Shown: one piece after another, positions 40,469 to 51,848 of the stretch
Layout of the letters: every line of letters begins with the position of its first letter
Numbering within the stretch: position 1 is the stretch's first letter
From: a virus
DNA: 64,000 nucleotides
Virus record (IMG/VR): IMGVR_UViG_3300021171_000007
Span: 1-64,000 of that record
Direction: 5' to 3' (one strand)
Notes under the pieces: model-generated
Databases searched by the model: none
Told to the model about the DNA's origin: nothing
What the model saw: the letters and a program-made list of their open reading frames with translations, nothing else
Translations under genes and position numbers: made by a program

Positions 40469-41088
40469 AGCTAGGGATGGAAAATGAAAAACATAAAAGA
40501 AATCACGTCTATGAAAGAGTTTGCTATCATTAGACGTGCTTTGGAATTATATGTTGCTACTCTAAGTGAAGAGTATGACAACAAACCAATGCGTGCCAAA
40601 CTTATAAAACTTGAAGAGGCGCAAGCCTGTTTGAGAGATTTCAACAAACTAGGAGAACAAAATGGCAAATCTAAAGAGTTACCCACCACTAAAACCTTGC
40701 CATTGCGGCAGCGGTATGGAAAGAGAAGCGAGATATGATGCTCGCGGTATTTTTCTCACGTATGTATGTGAGAAATGTGAGAAAGAAAAGTTATCACATT
40801 ATCGACCAGACGTTCTTACTGATTCAAATTATTGGCACGACGAGCCAATTGACGATTAAGACGCGGTAAACAGCGTTAATGCCCAACACACGATTGGCAG
40901 CGTAATGGGCAGACTTGCCATCTAAACCAACCCCCGTAAGATGGCTTTTTATTAATTTAGCGAATCACCTGGTTTTGCTTCAACTGCCCCCCAGTTGCTA
41001 AAAGCCAGGTGTAGACTTGCCGCCCACAGTCCCACAACTGTGGGCGGTCTTTTAGGCAATTTAGCCAACAACCAGGATTTAAAATGTC

Positions 41089-42102
41089 ATGTACCTTATG
41101 GACAGCATCGTAGAAACAGTTCATGAAGCTAAGAAACGAAAATTGATACAACATCCTGTCATACAAATCTTCCCAATACTAGAAGAGAAATTGAAAGGAT
41201 GTCCTCGGTTCTTGTTTGACGATACTGCGATCAGAACGGCTGTGGAGCTTACTCTGGGGCGCCCCAAGGTGCTTAGGGAAGCCATGGCACACCTTACCAT
41301 TCCATATCCTAAGATATGGGTAGAATGGCCAGAAGCAGGAAGAGAAAAATTGAGACAGACGTTCTCAATAGACTCTTACGAGTATCCTAATCGACCACTA
41401 CCAACTCGTCTTGGCTTTCTGCTAGAGACAGATGAGTCTGGTAGGAAAGGTCAGGTAACTTGGGTTTGGAGTAATCATTTCATTAAGAAAGGTGAACCTC
41501 CGAATGTTGGTCCAATATCTGCGTTCTTCGATTTGGATTTCAACTACAGCAAGTTGGTAAGTCCGACTTTTGTCAATAGTTTCTTGGATGCTAACTTAGC
41601 GCATATTTGGAAGGACAACAAAATCCAATTGGAGGCGCTCCTTAGCATCTGGGACACAGCTTACCATCAACCGTCCGAATGGGGTGCAAGATTTCTGAGA
41701 ATTCCTTCTCCAGATTCTCCGTATGGAAGCGTAGATTCTCGCGTAGCCAATTTCTATGCGGACGTTTATGGCGAATACATTATGGTTTGGTCATGCTTGT
41801 TATTGTTGACATCTTCCAGAAAGATAGTTGAATTGGAAGAAGTTGATATGTCTCAACTAAATAAAATACGCAGAAGAATGGATAAACCTCAAAGGTTAGA
41901 CCATACCACAGTTAGTCTCTATATCAATAGAGATAATGTGATACACAAACAAGGTGTACCACTAGGATTTGAACGAAAGAGTCCGCGTATCCATATGGTT
42001 GGGTCATATCTTAATAGACGTGGCGATAAACATTGGATAGTCCAGCCTTTCTGGCGCGGCGAAGGTGAGGTTATCAGTCGTCATGTAAAAGTGAAAGGAT
42101 AG
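41089..42102 (+). CDS. Hypothetical protein (337 aa)
   Basis: Long ORF; PYPKIWVE and SPRIHMV..WIVQPFWRG motifs of a recurring phage family; function not recognised. Confidence 0.6.
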   Translation: MYLMDSIVETVHEAKKRKLIQHPVIQIFPILEEKLKGCPRFLFDDTAIRTAVELTLGRPKVLREAMAHLTIPYPKIWVEWPEAGREKLRQTFSIDSYEYPNRPLPTRLGFLLETDESGRKGQVTWVWSNHFIKKGEPPNVGPISAFFDLDFNYSKLVSPTFVNSFLDANLAHIWKDNKIQLEALLSIWDTAYHQPSEWGARFLRIPSPDSPYGSVDSRVANFYADVYGEYIMVWSCLLLLTSSRKIVELEEVDMSQLNKIRRRMDKPQRLDHTTVSLYINRDNVIHKQGVPLGFERKSPRIHMVGSYLNRRGDKHWIVQPFWRGEGEVISRHVKVKG

Positions 42103-43637
42103 AAAATGGCATCTTACTATTACTCAATGCTTGGAATGGTAAGAGTTAGGCAAAATAAAAACTATATAGTTGAAGTAAGCTATAAAGATGAAACTGTCTA
42201 TGTTGGACAGTACAGAGAAGAACATAAATGGCATTATATAGGTGAATATGCCAATGTTGATGAGTTAAATGACGTCATTCTAACTTTATGCAAAGAGGAG
42301 ACCAAACGTGAAATCCAGCCTAATCATACTGACACTCCTGATATCGAGTAGTGCCAGAGCAGAGATGTGTGATATGCAGAAACACTGTTATCCAGAGCAG
42401 CCATATTACGACATACATGGGAACAGGGTTCCTCCACCAGCACCGCAATATCCACAACCAAAACCATTACCAGTACCAAATAACATAACAGTACAGCCAA
42501 CAATTAATTCAAACATTTGCAAATTGGCTAGGATCAGGGTTGCTCCTGAGGCGCCACAAACTATAATTGAAATCTGCACCATGTCAAATGAAGAAGAAAG
42601 AATGTATCGTCAACGACAAAGACTAAATCAAGCATCAATTCCGCAAATGTACCTACCAAACGGAGACTATTAATGGAACATTCATCTGGACGTATAGGGC
42701 AAACAGAAGGTGAATTCTCTGTTTGTCAATTTTTTGAAAACGAATTTTATGAATATACGCGCCGTTATGTTGGTCCTGAAGAAGCAGTATTAGCATTCAA
42801 ACATTATACTACCAGTGTAGCAGCGCAAATGGGTATCGTAAGGCGTGTAATCATTACTGATGGCGGAGATTTTACTACAATGGAATGGCAATACGGTAAA
42901 GGTATAACTTTCCCAACAAAAGAGGAACTCCAGAATGCCAGAGCACAAGAACCAAAAGAGGACTAAATTTGAATTTCCGCAGGTGCCACCTACTGGCAGT
43001 TATATGTATATCATAAAGCCTACTGATACTACATATGCTGAAGGTAAAGTGCTCACAACATTACCAACACTCGATATGTTGGTTTTTGGTGTAGAAGGTC
43101 ACATAGAACTTGTGCCACGCTTTACCAAATTCGGTGGACGTTCATGCGTTGCCTTCTGTAATGAAGAAGGCAAAATGCAAGGCAAACAACCAAATCATCT
43201 TGCTCACATTCTATGGGAAGAGAATGTGGGGCGCCTCATAACTGAGGACTATCTAGTTGGTAATATAGTAATCATCGTTGCTGATGCTAGTTTCCTAGCG
43301 AGGATGTGATGAAGACTCTCTCAGTCGTAGCACTAACCATAGGCATGATAAATGCAGCAGATGCTCATTGCTATTCTCGCTGGTATTATCCGTATCCACA
43401 GAAATGTGGAGGAATTTATACTCGTCAAAGTAACAGACCTCCAATTATATCTCGCGCTAATTTCAGTCCTCCTCTTTCTCCTGATGCTCCAATTATACCG
43501 CTTCCTGATATGAGCGGTATATGGATTAATTCGACAGAAACTCCAGAACAATTAGAATTAATGGAAGCAATGGATCGTCTCAAAGCAATTAGATCGTTAT
43601 CAAATAATTAATTAGGCATTTTGCCAAGGAGACTGTT

Positions 43638-43961
43638 ATGAAAAAAGAGCACCTTAAGATCATCAAGGCTGCTATTGACAATCTTACTGAGCAGGACAGA
43701 AAGTTTGATGATCTTGTAGCCAGCGCTATAGGAGAAATTGACAAAGAAGTAGAAAATCTTGGTAATCTGAAAGATACACTCGAAGGAGAATTTGAGGAGC
43801 TTTCTGAGAGTCAGCAAGAAGGTGACAAAGGCACAGCTCTTCAAGAAGCTATCGACGCAATTGAGGAGGCAAAGACAGATCTTGAAGGTATCAAAGATGA
43901 TCTCGATGATGCACCATTCGACGATATCATTAACAAACTAGGAGAACTGTCACCCAAGTAA
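43638..43961 (+). CDS. Highly acidic coiled-coil protein
   Basis: About 30% D/E; heptad pattern; AAGGAG SD. Confidence 0.6.
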   Translation: MKKEHLKIIKAAIDNLTEQDRKFDDLVASAIGEIDKEVENLGNLKDTLEGEFEELSESQQEGDKGTALQEAIDAIEEAKTDLEGIKDDLDDAPFDDIINKLGELSPK

Positions 43962-44885
43962 AAATTTTGGGGCGCTGCTCGTGTGGCGCCCCAATCACTA
44001 GGAGAGTAAAATGGCAAGAGAAATATCAGTAGATACACATTCTTGGGATTTAGCAGAATTCTTTTTGGAAGAAGAACCTATCAAAGATGAAGATAGGAAA
44101 CGAATCACAGATATGTTGGCACAAGAAATTCAACAATGTGTTGAAGATTTTATCTATTTAACTATGCCTCATCTGGGAGTGCTTAAAAATGATTCCATGT
44201 GATGTAAGAGAAGCAACACACGTTCAAATAAATGATAAAATTAAAAAGATACTTTTCAAATATGGCATTACAGAAGGTACTGGAGTTTTGTTAAAACCAT
44301 CAGAAGGCGGCTTTGGTGTCATTACTGAAGATAACCAGACTGTAACTATGTGGGAAGCTCAAAGATACTTCAAGGAAGAGAAAGATGACATACAGACTTG
44401 AAGATGCAGAAATGATCAGGCAAATTTCTTCTCACGCCTTTAAAGCAGAATATTCAGCATTAACCGAAAAAACTCGTATTTATGAGGAACGTCTACATAA
44501 TATGACTAATGCTCAATTTGATCAAGCTGTAATTGAATATGCAGAGAAACTCATCAAGGAGCATAGCGATGTCAATAGGTCCAGGTAACTATGATGAAGA
44601 AGCCACGTGGGTACAGCAGCGAACACAAGCGCATGGTGTACTACTAATGATAGTAGCTGGTAATAAGGGTAATGGTTTTTCAATAGCTAGTTTTGATATC
44701 CAAGCAACTCTTGAAATTACATTATCACTACCGAAATTATTAAGGGAAATGGCAAATCAAGTAGAAGTTGACATAAAGGAGCAAGGTTTAATTCCAAGCG
44801 CACAACATCATTTAGATGAACTCAATAAGACTAGGGTTGCTCAAGGTAAAAAGCCTTGGACACATGACTATAAAGGTGAAGACTA

Positions 44886-45311
44886 ATGAGTAATATCTTT
44901 AGTTTCGTAGGTGATGACGGAACGAACATTCATGTAAACGCAGAAAAACTGCGTTTATGGTGTATAGAGAATAAGCCAGAAATTTTCCTATTGCCATTAA
45001 GATATGAATTACTTAACAATTTTAAGCGTGATAACGTAGTTAATCCAGAAAGAGTTTTGGAACTTGCTTCCAGAAAAGATCTTGCGCCAATTATAATGGT
45101 AAAAGACGGAACAATAGGTGGAAATGGATATCCTAACGCAATACTTGTCGATGGTCATCATCGTTATGCATTGGCTTGTCTTAGAGGCCAAAAATATATC
45201 GATGGATATTTTCTGGAAGAAGCGCAATGGAGACCATTCCAAATACATTGGTTGCGCGACTTAACTGCTGAAGAGTTAAGAGCTAGACCAGTAACTAAGC
45301 GCGATTATTAG
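44886..45311 (+). CDS. ParB/Srx-like nuclease-fold protein
   Basis: PIIMV..ILVDGHHRY. Confidence 0.65.
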   Translation: MSNIFSFVGDDGTNIHVNAEKLRLWCIENKPEIFLLPLRYELLNNFKRDNVVNPERVLELASRKDLAPIIMVKDGTIGGNGYPNAILVDGHHRYALACLRGQKYIDGYFLEEAQWRPFQIHWLRDLTAEELRARPVTKRDY

Positions 45312-46950
45312 TTTGTCTGACATACCAGCCTGCGGCTATCGCAAACCCCCAACAGGAACTGGCGTTGATATAGCACAGTCAACGAAAGTCAGATGAAGAG
45401 TGGGAGGAGGTCAGAAATTTTGCCTTCCGTTCCTCCTCCCATTTCCTCCAACTAGGAATAGAAATGAAAAAGCCACATAAAGAGCAAACTGAAGAAGAGC
45501 ATGTGAAGACATGCTTTCGTTGCAGACTTCACGCACTAATGGTTGAATTGTATCCAACAGGAATTACAGATATGGAAGAAGGACAATTCATTTTAGTAGC
45601 CCTAGCTGAAGCAGCAGGTCAAATGTTAGCAGATTATGAAGAACAAGATTTTCATACTTTTTTGAAAGCTGTAATAAGATTTCATAATGCAAGAGTTCAA
45701 GAAGATGATGAAGAGACTAAACACTAACCAGGAGAGGTAGCACTCATGGAATTCTCAGAACAACAACTCGAAGAGGCGCTCAATAGAAAACTCATACCGT
45801 TGCGTATGCACGGTGGCATTATAAGATGGATCTTAATAGGTCAAATGCCAGGAAGCTTTCTAAGTGCGATCATTAAAAATGATCTACGAGACTCAATTGG
45901 TTATGCAGATGACGAAAATATTACAAGATTATCAGCTTATATCCAATTCTTCTATCATCACGCTCCAACAGGATGTTGGGGATCGAAAGAAAAAGTCCTA
46001 CAATGGGAACAAGATGGAGGATTGAGAAAAGTAAAATCAGTTCCTCTAAGATTAGTAGATGGAGATGTGTACGACGACGGAGAATAAAAATGAAAACTAC
46101 TCCGTTAAATGATAAGCTTCATACATTTCTGTTGAAGAAAGGTTACAGATATTCTGAGCATGTACGCTATGATAGGTATGACCATGAAGAGCAAGGGGTA
46201 ACAGTTTTTTACTACATCAATAGCTATATAATGATATTGGACAGAAATGGGGAACCTGCGTCAACACGTGTTACTCGTGAAATCGAGAAAGCACTTTAGG
46301 AGAACCAAATGCCACGTATGACAATAAACATCAATCAACCGAATGTTGAAGTTCTCGAATATTCGGCTGAAGACATTAATAAATTCATCGAAAGAGAAAT
46401 CTTTCAAGATGAGATCCAAACTAAATTGGAACATGCGCTAGATGAGGCGCAAGCAGATGCGCTCAACGGTGGCGGAGATATCCAATATGTCGTTATAAAA
46501 ATCAGTAAATAGGGGCGCTCCATGTATGTTGTGATAACATTCGTAGGCGACTTTCCTGTGGAAGGTCAACCTGAATGGACAACAGACTATTCAACAATAA
46601 TCGACGCTATTGGTGCTGCCAAAAGGCAGCACCAGTTACTCAAAGAAGCAGAGAATGATCAACATTACACTGTAATTATGGATGAAGATCCTAATATAGA
46701 AGATGATGTAAAATGGATCATTTATCAGGATAAAGAAACGGTAGGTGAGGAAGCGCAAGTGCTAGCTGACAAGTTAGCATATGGAGAAATACCATGAAAA
46801 CTCTAATGCTACTAGTCACTTTAGTCGGTTATAATGGTGACGATTATCAACGCCCAGATGTTCGTGAGCGCCGCCTAGAACGTCAAGAAGATCAAAGATG
46901 GCAAAGCGAAAAATGGCAAAGACAACAGGAAAAATATAAGGATTGGTTAA

Positions 46951-47151
46951 ATGAAAGAAGATTTTGAATATTATCCACACCAGATCGACGAAGATCATTG
47001 GGTAGTATTCAAAGTCAATACTTATCATTACAAAGAACCTGAGAAAGTGTATGTAATAAAACGTTGGGGAGGTGAGATGCACTGTGATTGCCCAGCAGGT
47101 GGGCGCTGCAAGCATTTAAGTATGATACAACCAAAGAAAGAACTATTCTAA
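46951..47151 (+). CDS. SWIM zinc-finger protein
   Basis: YVI..CDCPAGGRCKH. Confidence 0.6.
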   Translation: MKEDFEYYPHQIDEDHWVVFKVNTYHYKEPEKVYVIKRWGGEMHCDCPAGGRCKHLSMIQPKKELF

Positions 47152-47464
47152 TGTCTGACAATGTAATACCATTCCCAGAACATAGGATATGCAGAGACCA
47201 AAATGGAAATATACCAAAATCATGTGTCAATTATAGTAGCTGCAAAAATTTTGAAGCAGAAGTTTATTCTATTCAATATGAAGAATTTGGATATCATAAT
47301 AATCGTAAACCTGGAGAAAAATATTATGTTGGAGCTTTAACATATCAAGATCCAGATTTTGAAGGAGGCTTAATAGCGATTCATTTTAGTGAAATGACAT
47401 GTGGATATCAAATGTCAAAAGAAGAAGCAATTAAATTGGCAAATTTACTTTTGGAGTTAACTAA

Positions 47465-47974
47465 ATGACTCGCGAATGTGGTGAATGCACTTTATGCTGC
47501 AAGTTATTGCCAGTTTTAGAATTGGATAAACCTGCTAATATACGTTGTAAGCATCAACGTCAAATAAAGGGATGTCTTGTTTATCATACTAACAAAATGC
47601 CCTTATCATGCCATGTTTGGAATTGTCGGTGGCTTGTTAGTGATGATACGCACGATTTGGCGCGCCCAGATAGATCTCATTATGTCATTGATATTACGCC
47701 AGATTTTGTTATAGCTGTTGATAGAGGCGAGAATATTAAGATTCAAGTAGTACAAATTTGGTGCGATGCAAATTATCCAGATGCTTGGAAAGATCCTAGA
47801 CTCAAAGCCTACATGATGCGTCGTGGTGCAGAAGGTATTGCGAGTATGATTCGTTACGATTCTTGGAGGGCTATAATTGTTATTCCACCTAATATGACTA
47901 TTGAAAAGCAATGGGTTGTAAGAACAGGTGATATGAAAGAGAAAGAAGATCTCATTAAGATATTAAATGAGTAA
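47465..47974 (+). CDS. YkgJ-like Cys-cluster (Zn/Fe-S) protein
   Basis: CGECTLCC..C..GCLVY..PLSC..C. Confidence 0.6.
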   Translation: MTRECGECTLCCKLLPVLELDKPANIRCKHQRQIKGCLVYHTNKMPLSCHVWNCRWLVSDDTHDLARPDRSHYVIDITPDFVIAVDRGENIKIQVVQIWCDANYPDAWKDPRLKAYMMRRGAEGIASMIRYDSWRAIIVIPPNMTIEKQWVVRTGDMKEKEDLIKILNE

Positions 47975-49212
47975 GTGCGGAGGTTCTAATGAATGTTGGC
48001 GAGCGTGAGAAGCGTATTTGGGATATTGCAGAAAAATTAAATCTTTATATGTCAGATTTAGATGAATGGCCTAATCCTGTATCTGAAGGATATTGCGCCT
48101 CATTCAGTACATTAGACGTAACAGGAAATGGAGAGACTCCAGAATTAGCTCTTGAAGATTTAATTGTCAAATTGGAACAGAGGAATTAGTGGTGTTGCCC
48201 CTCGCCACTAATAAAACTCTCACAGGGGCCTTGGAGTACACAATGGAAAGCACTGAGCTTACCTGGCACTTGCCGAGGGTACTGCCCGAGGTGAGTAATC
48301 CACGGAGTTTTCTGGATCATGTTCACTCGATCTTGAAGAAACTGTGGTCAAGCGACGAATTTTATCAGTACATCGACGGCGTGACTAACAAGTTGTCGGT
48401 TACTGGTAACTTTCTCGTTGATCGAGGATTTGCTGCAAGGCAGATCCAAGATGTTGCCAAGGAGGATGGCATTGCTGATGTTGCGACATGCAAATTGTCG
48501 AAGATCATGCGTGCCATTGAGACCATCCTGCGTCGTCCCGAGTATGCTATGGGTCGCAAAGAGCGCCTCGCTAACCTCAAGTTGTTGGAGGCGCAAGCGG
48601 CGCAGCAGGAGACGCAAGAAGCTCAAGTTGCTGCTGAGTAAAGCGTAGCGTAAACGGGGGCCAGGGTAAAACCTGGTCCCCACTAACCAGGAGAGTAAAA
48701 TGGATGTAACTGTTGTGGAAAAGAACACAAACGTGAAGATTTATGATGCACTTATATTTATTCAAGTTTACGAAGCTGACAAAAAAGAATTACCTACAAT
48801 TAATCAAATAACTAAAGCTGTAGGTTGTTCCAAAAGTACAGCTTCAGAAGCATTACATGAGAATAAGAGTTTGCAAGCTGGATTGTTAGGTCCAGTAAAA
48901 ATAAGTAAGGCGCAAGAATACCATATTAATGCTATGATAATTAGAAGGAAAAGAGAAATTGAAGCAGAATTTGATGAGCGTGTTAGGCTTAAAATGCTCG
49001 AACATAATGAAGCATATCGAGCTGGATTAGAAAAGCTCAAAACAGAGGCGCAAAAGAAATTTGATCTATACGAGAAATTGCTTAACAAACATAGGCCATT
49101 ATTTACGGAAGATGAGTTCCGTACTATAATGGCATGTTTACATCCAGATAATTCTGCCTCAAAAGAAAAGCGTGAGATAGCGTTTACTAAATTTATTGAA
49201 AAGAAACTCCAA

Positions 49213-50457
49213 CTAACTGGAGCCAAATAGATCCTTATCGGCGTGAGAGATGACAGGTCTGTTTCTCTCCGCCTCCTCCATCATTCTGTTATAATCTTCT
49301 TCCCACATGACTTCGCCTATCCACGGCGGCTTAAATCCATTCTCCTTTGCTGCCCATATAAGACCTCCAAGACTTTTAGTCCCATTTCTAGGAAATTCTG
49401 GGCGATGCGATTTCCATTGCCGCATAAAGTAACCTTGGCCGCGCCCCATTACACCGTATCTGGCGCCGCCGCTTACAGCTTCAAGAAACAATTCTGTTGC
49501 CTCATCAATTGTTAGTTGATTTGCTTCATTTTCGTCATGTATCGCTCCTATTAATGGTAGCATTACATGAAGTGTGTACCATTCGTTTGTGTCTGCCAAT
49601 CCTTCGTCTCGAATGAACTCTATACATGCCAACGCTTTCTTGTATGCTGTCCATTTGGAATCTTTGCGAGGTATAAATGGTTGTCTCTGCGACTGTGCGC
49701 GAATTGGCGTTATATTTGGCACTTTTAATCTCAATTCATCAATGCTATGTTTATAACAATAATTTCTGGCTATGTGTGCTAACGCTACTTGCTGGCCTTT
49801 GGTTTGCTTCTCTAATTTTGGATAATTTACCGTTCCTGGAAGACGCATCACTCGGTCTACGTTGGACATATTATCAACTTTGACTGGAAGATGTGCTACT
49901 TTGGAACGTAAGAACGTCTCAAAATCATGCCCAAGATTAGTAACGAATGAGCGCATTTTAATTGATCCTAAATTAGCAGCTTTTTTCTGCTCAGTATCTG
50001 CTGGATTAAATAATTTGACACCTTCTCTCCTATTGAGAAGATAGATAAGGTGAAAGCCGCCGCCAGTATTAATAACTAGCGATGGTTTTAATTCAAGTTC
50101 CTTATCTATAAAATCCAAAACCTTTTGTTGATCTCTTTCAAAAGAAGTAAAATCTATATCAAATGCTAAGGCTCTGATACCTATGATATCATCTATATTA
50201 TTTTTGCCACCCTTGCCTTGTCTATCAAAAATCTTACATGGTATGTTAACACTGTAATAAACATTGGACTTACGAGCTTGGCGCTTCTTAATGTCTGCAA
50301 TCAATAATTCTCTTTGTTCCTTTTCAAAGGTGCGCCCAGCTTCCCAGACTGGGCCGTTATCAGGTCCGCCAAATGGCGCTTCAGAAGCTATTGTATGGCG
50401 CCCATTAGGCTCTAGGATGTCAAGAAATTGAAGAGCTTGCTCGATATTGAGTTCCAT
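49213..50457 (-). CDS. RepB-like / AEP-type DNA primase
   Basis: NVYYSVN, LAFDID, VINTGGGFHLIY, RVMRLPGTVN; PriCT-like C-terminus. Confidence 0.75.
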   Translation of the reverse strand: MELNIEQALQFLDILEPNGRHTIASEAPFGGPDNGPVWEAGRTFEKEQRELLIADIKKRQARKSNVYYSVNIPCKIFDRQGKGGKNNIDDIIGIRALAFDIDFTSFERDQQKVLDFIDKELELKPSLVINTGGGFHLIYLLNRREGVKLFNPADTEQKKAANLGSIKMRSFVTNLGHDFETFLRSKVAHLPVKVDNMSNVDRVMRLPGTVNYPKLEKQTKGQQVALAHIARNYCYKHSIDELRLKVPNITPIRAQSQRQPFIPRKDSKWTAYKKALACIEFIRDEGLADTNEWYTLHVMLPLIGAIHDENEANQLTIDEATELFLEAVSGGARYGVMGRGQGYFMRQWKSHRPEFPRNGTKSLGGLIWAAKENGFKPPWIGEVMWEEDYNRMMEEAERNRPVISHADKDLFGSS

Positions 50458-50721
50458 CTTACTCTCCCTTTTTCACAGCTTTAATTTGTATTGATCTTAA
50501 ATTCTTGGCTGTTTTAATTGTCTTAGATTGTTGAGCACTAAATTCTTTATATGTCTCAGTAAGTTCTTCATAATTATGTTTTAATAAAATATAAATAGCG
50601 TCATAAAGTCTTAATGATTCATCGTAATTAGCCTTGGCTTTTTCCCAATTCTTTTTTGCACGATCGTATTCATCTGTAAACAGATCTGGCATAATTTCTA
50701 TTTCTCCTTATTGCCTAAATT

Positions 50722-50750
50722 AGAGTAGCATAAACCGAAAAAGAAAGCAA
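50722..50750 (-). promoter_or_regulatory. Sigma70-type promoter for the primase operon
   Basis: TTGCTT-17-TACTCT with an extended TGc. Confidence 0.6.
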
Positions 50751-50799
50751 GACCTTTCTTAAACTGTAAAACTTCAAATCAACCCCAGAAGGAAAGAAA

Positions 50800-51141
50800 A
50801 TGGCGACTTTCACCTATAAATCCTACAATTTTGTGGATAAAGATCCTATAATTGATGAAATCCGAACTGTCTATCAAGACAGCGGTGTCAACTATAAATG
50901 GATAGAAGATAATAGTGGCGTAGGCGCAAAAACACTATCAAATTGGTTTAACGGCAAAACTAAGAAGCCACAAGCCGCAACCATAAATGCTGTACTTAGA
51001 TCATTAGGTTACAAGCTAGGCATTGTTGAGTTTGGTAAACAAGTTAAAGTATTTCCAGTAATGGAACAACCTAAGCCAGTTAAAACATCTATACGGCATG
51101 TTGTTCAAATGAGCAAGTACAAGAAAAAATCAAAAAGATAA
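50800..51141 (+). CDS. XRE-family HTH DNA-binding protein
   Basis: SGVGAKTLSNWFNGKTKKPQAATINAVLRSLG. Confidence 0.7.
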   Translation: MATFTYKSYNFVDKDPIIDEIRTVYQDSGVNYKWIEDNSGVGAKTLSNWFNGKTKKPQAATINAVLRSLGYKLGIVEFGKQVKVFPVMEQPKPVKTSIRHVVQMSKYKKKSKR

Positions 51142-51390
51142 CCGGAACCCCACCGAGGATACAACCCCAGCATCGGAAGTGTGACTACCGGCTAGTGATG
51201 GACTCTTTAGTAAATGGCCTGCGCTGTACCCCGCGGCTATATTGAGGAAGAGTTTTGGCACTACAAGACTTGGTTCAGGTCCTCGCGTGGGCCTAGACAT
51301 TGCCTGTGAAACCAAGTAACGTCGCATATTGAGGCTGTCGCCGGAATGGGCCGGTGGCAGCCTCTCTTACCATCAAACAGGAGAAGTAAA

Positions 51391-51810
51391 ATGAAATATA
51401 AAGTAGAGTTTTCAGGTAATGCAGAGATCATGTTTGCTATGATGGCAAAACTATTGCCAGATGAACTTAATGTTCATGTTGAAGAGTTACCTGAACCAAA
51501 AGCGGAACATTTCTCTAAAGTGGCGCAACTGGTTAATAGCCACCAGAAGTTGGTAGCGCCACCAAAGGGAAAGGGGCAACGCCATTATAAAGATCCATCA
51601 GGCAAAACATGCCAAGATCATACCTTTGAATTTCTAAAGAGTCGTCCATCAGCAACATGGGCAGAAATGAGCCATCATATTGTAACATTAGGTTACAATA
51701 AAAGCTCAATTAATAATGCCGTTGTTAGATTGGTGCATAAGAAGTTGATTGAGAAAGTGACAACAGGTGTATATAGAGTCATTAAGAAATCACATGATCG
51801 GACTGTGTAA
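51391..51810 (+). CDS. Winged-helix protein
   Basis: SINNAVVRLVHKKLIEKVTTGVYRV; ATG 51391 after AGGAG. Confidence 0.5.
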   Translation: MKYKVEFSGNAEIMFAMMAKLLPDELNVHVEELPEPKAEHFSKVAQLVNSHQKLVAPPKGKGQRHYKDPSGKTCQDHTFEFLKSRPSATWAEMSHHIVTLGYNKSSINNAVVRLVHKKLIEKVTTGVYRVIKKSHDRTV

Positions 51811-51819
51811 ATTTTTCGG

Positions 51820-51848
51820 TTGCTTTCCTCGCGCAACTATGCTATGTT
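51820..51848 (+). promoter_or_regulatory. Sigma70-type promoter for the replication block
   Basis: TTGCTT-17-TATGTT with an extended TGc. Confidence 0.6.

Noticed and set aside
45316-45393. A seventh hammerhead (has CGAAA and a three-way junction)
   Set aside because: Lacks the CUGANGA strand; kept only as an unknown structured RNA
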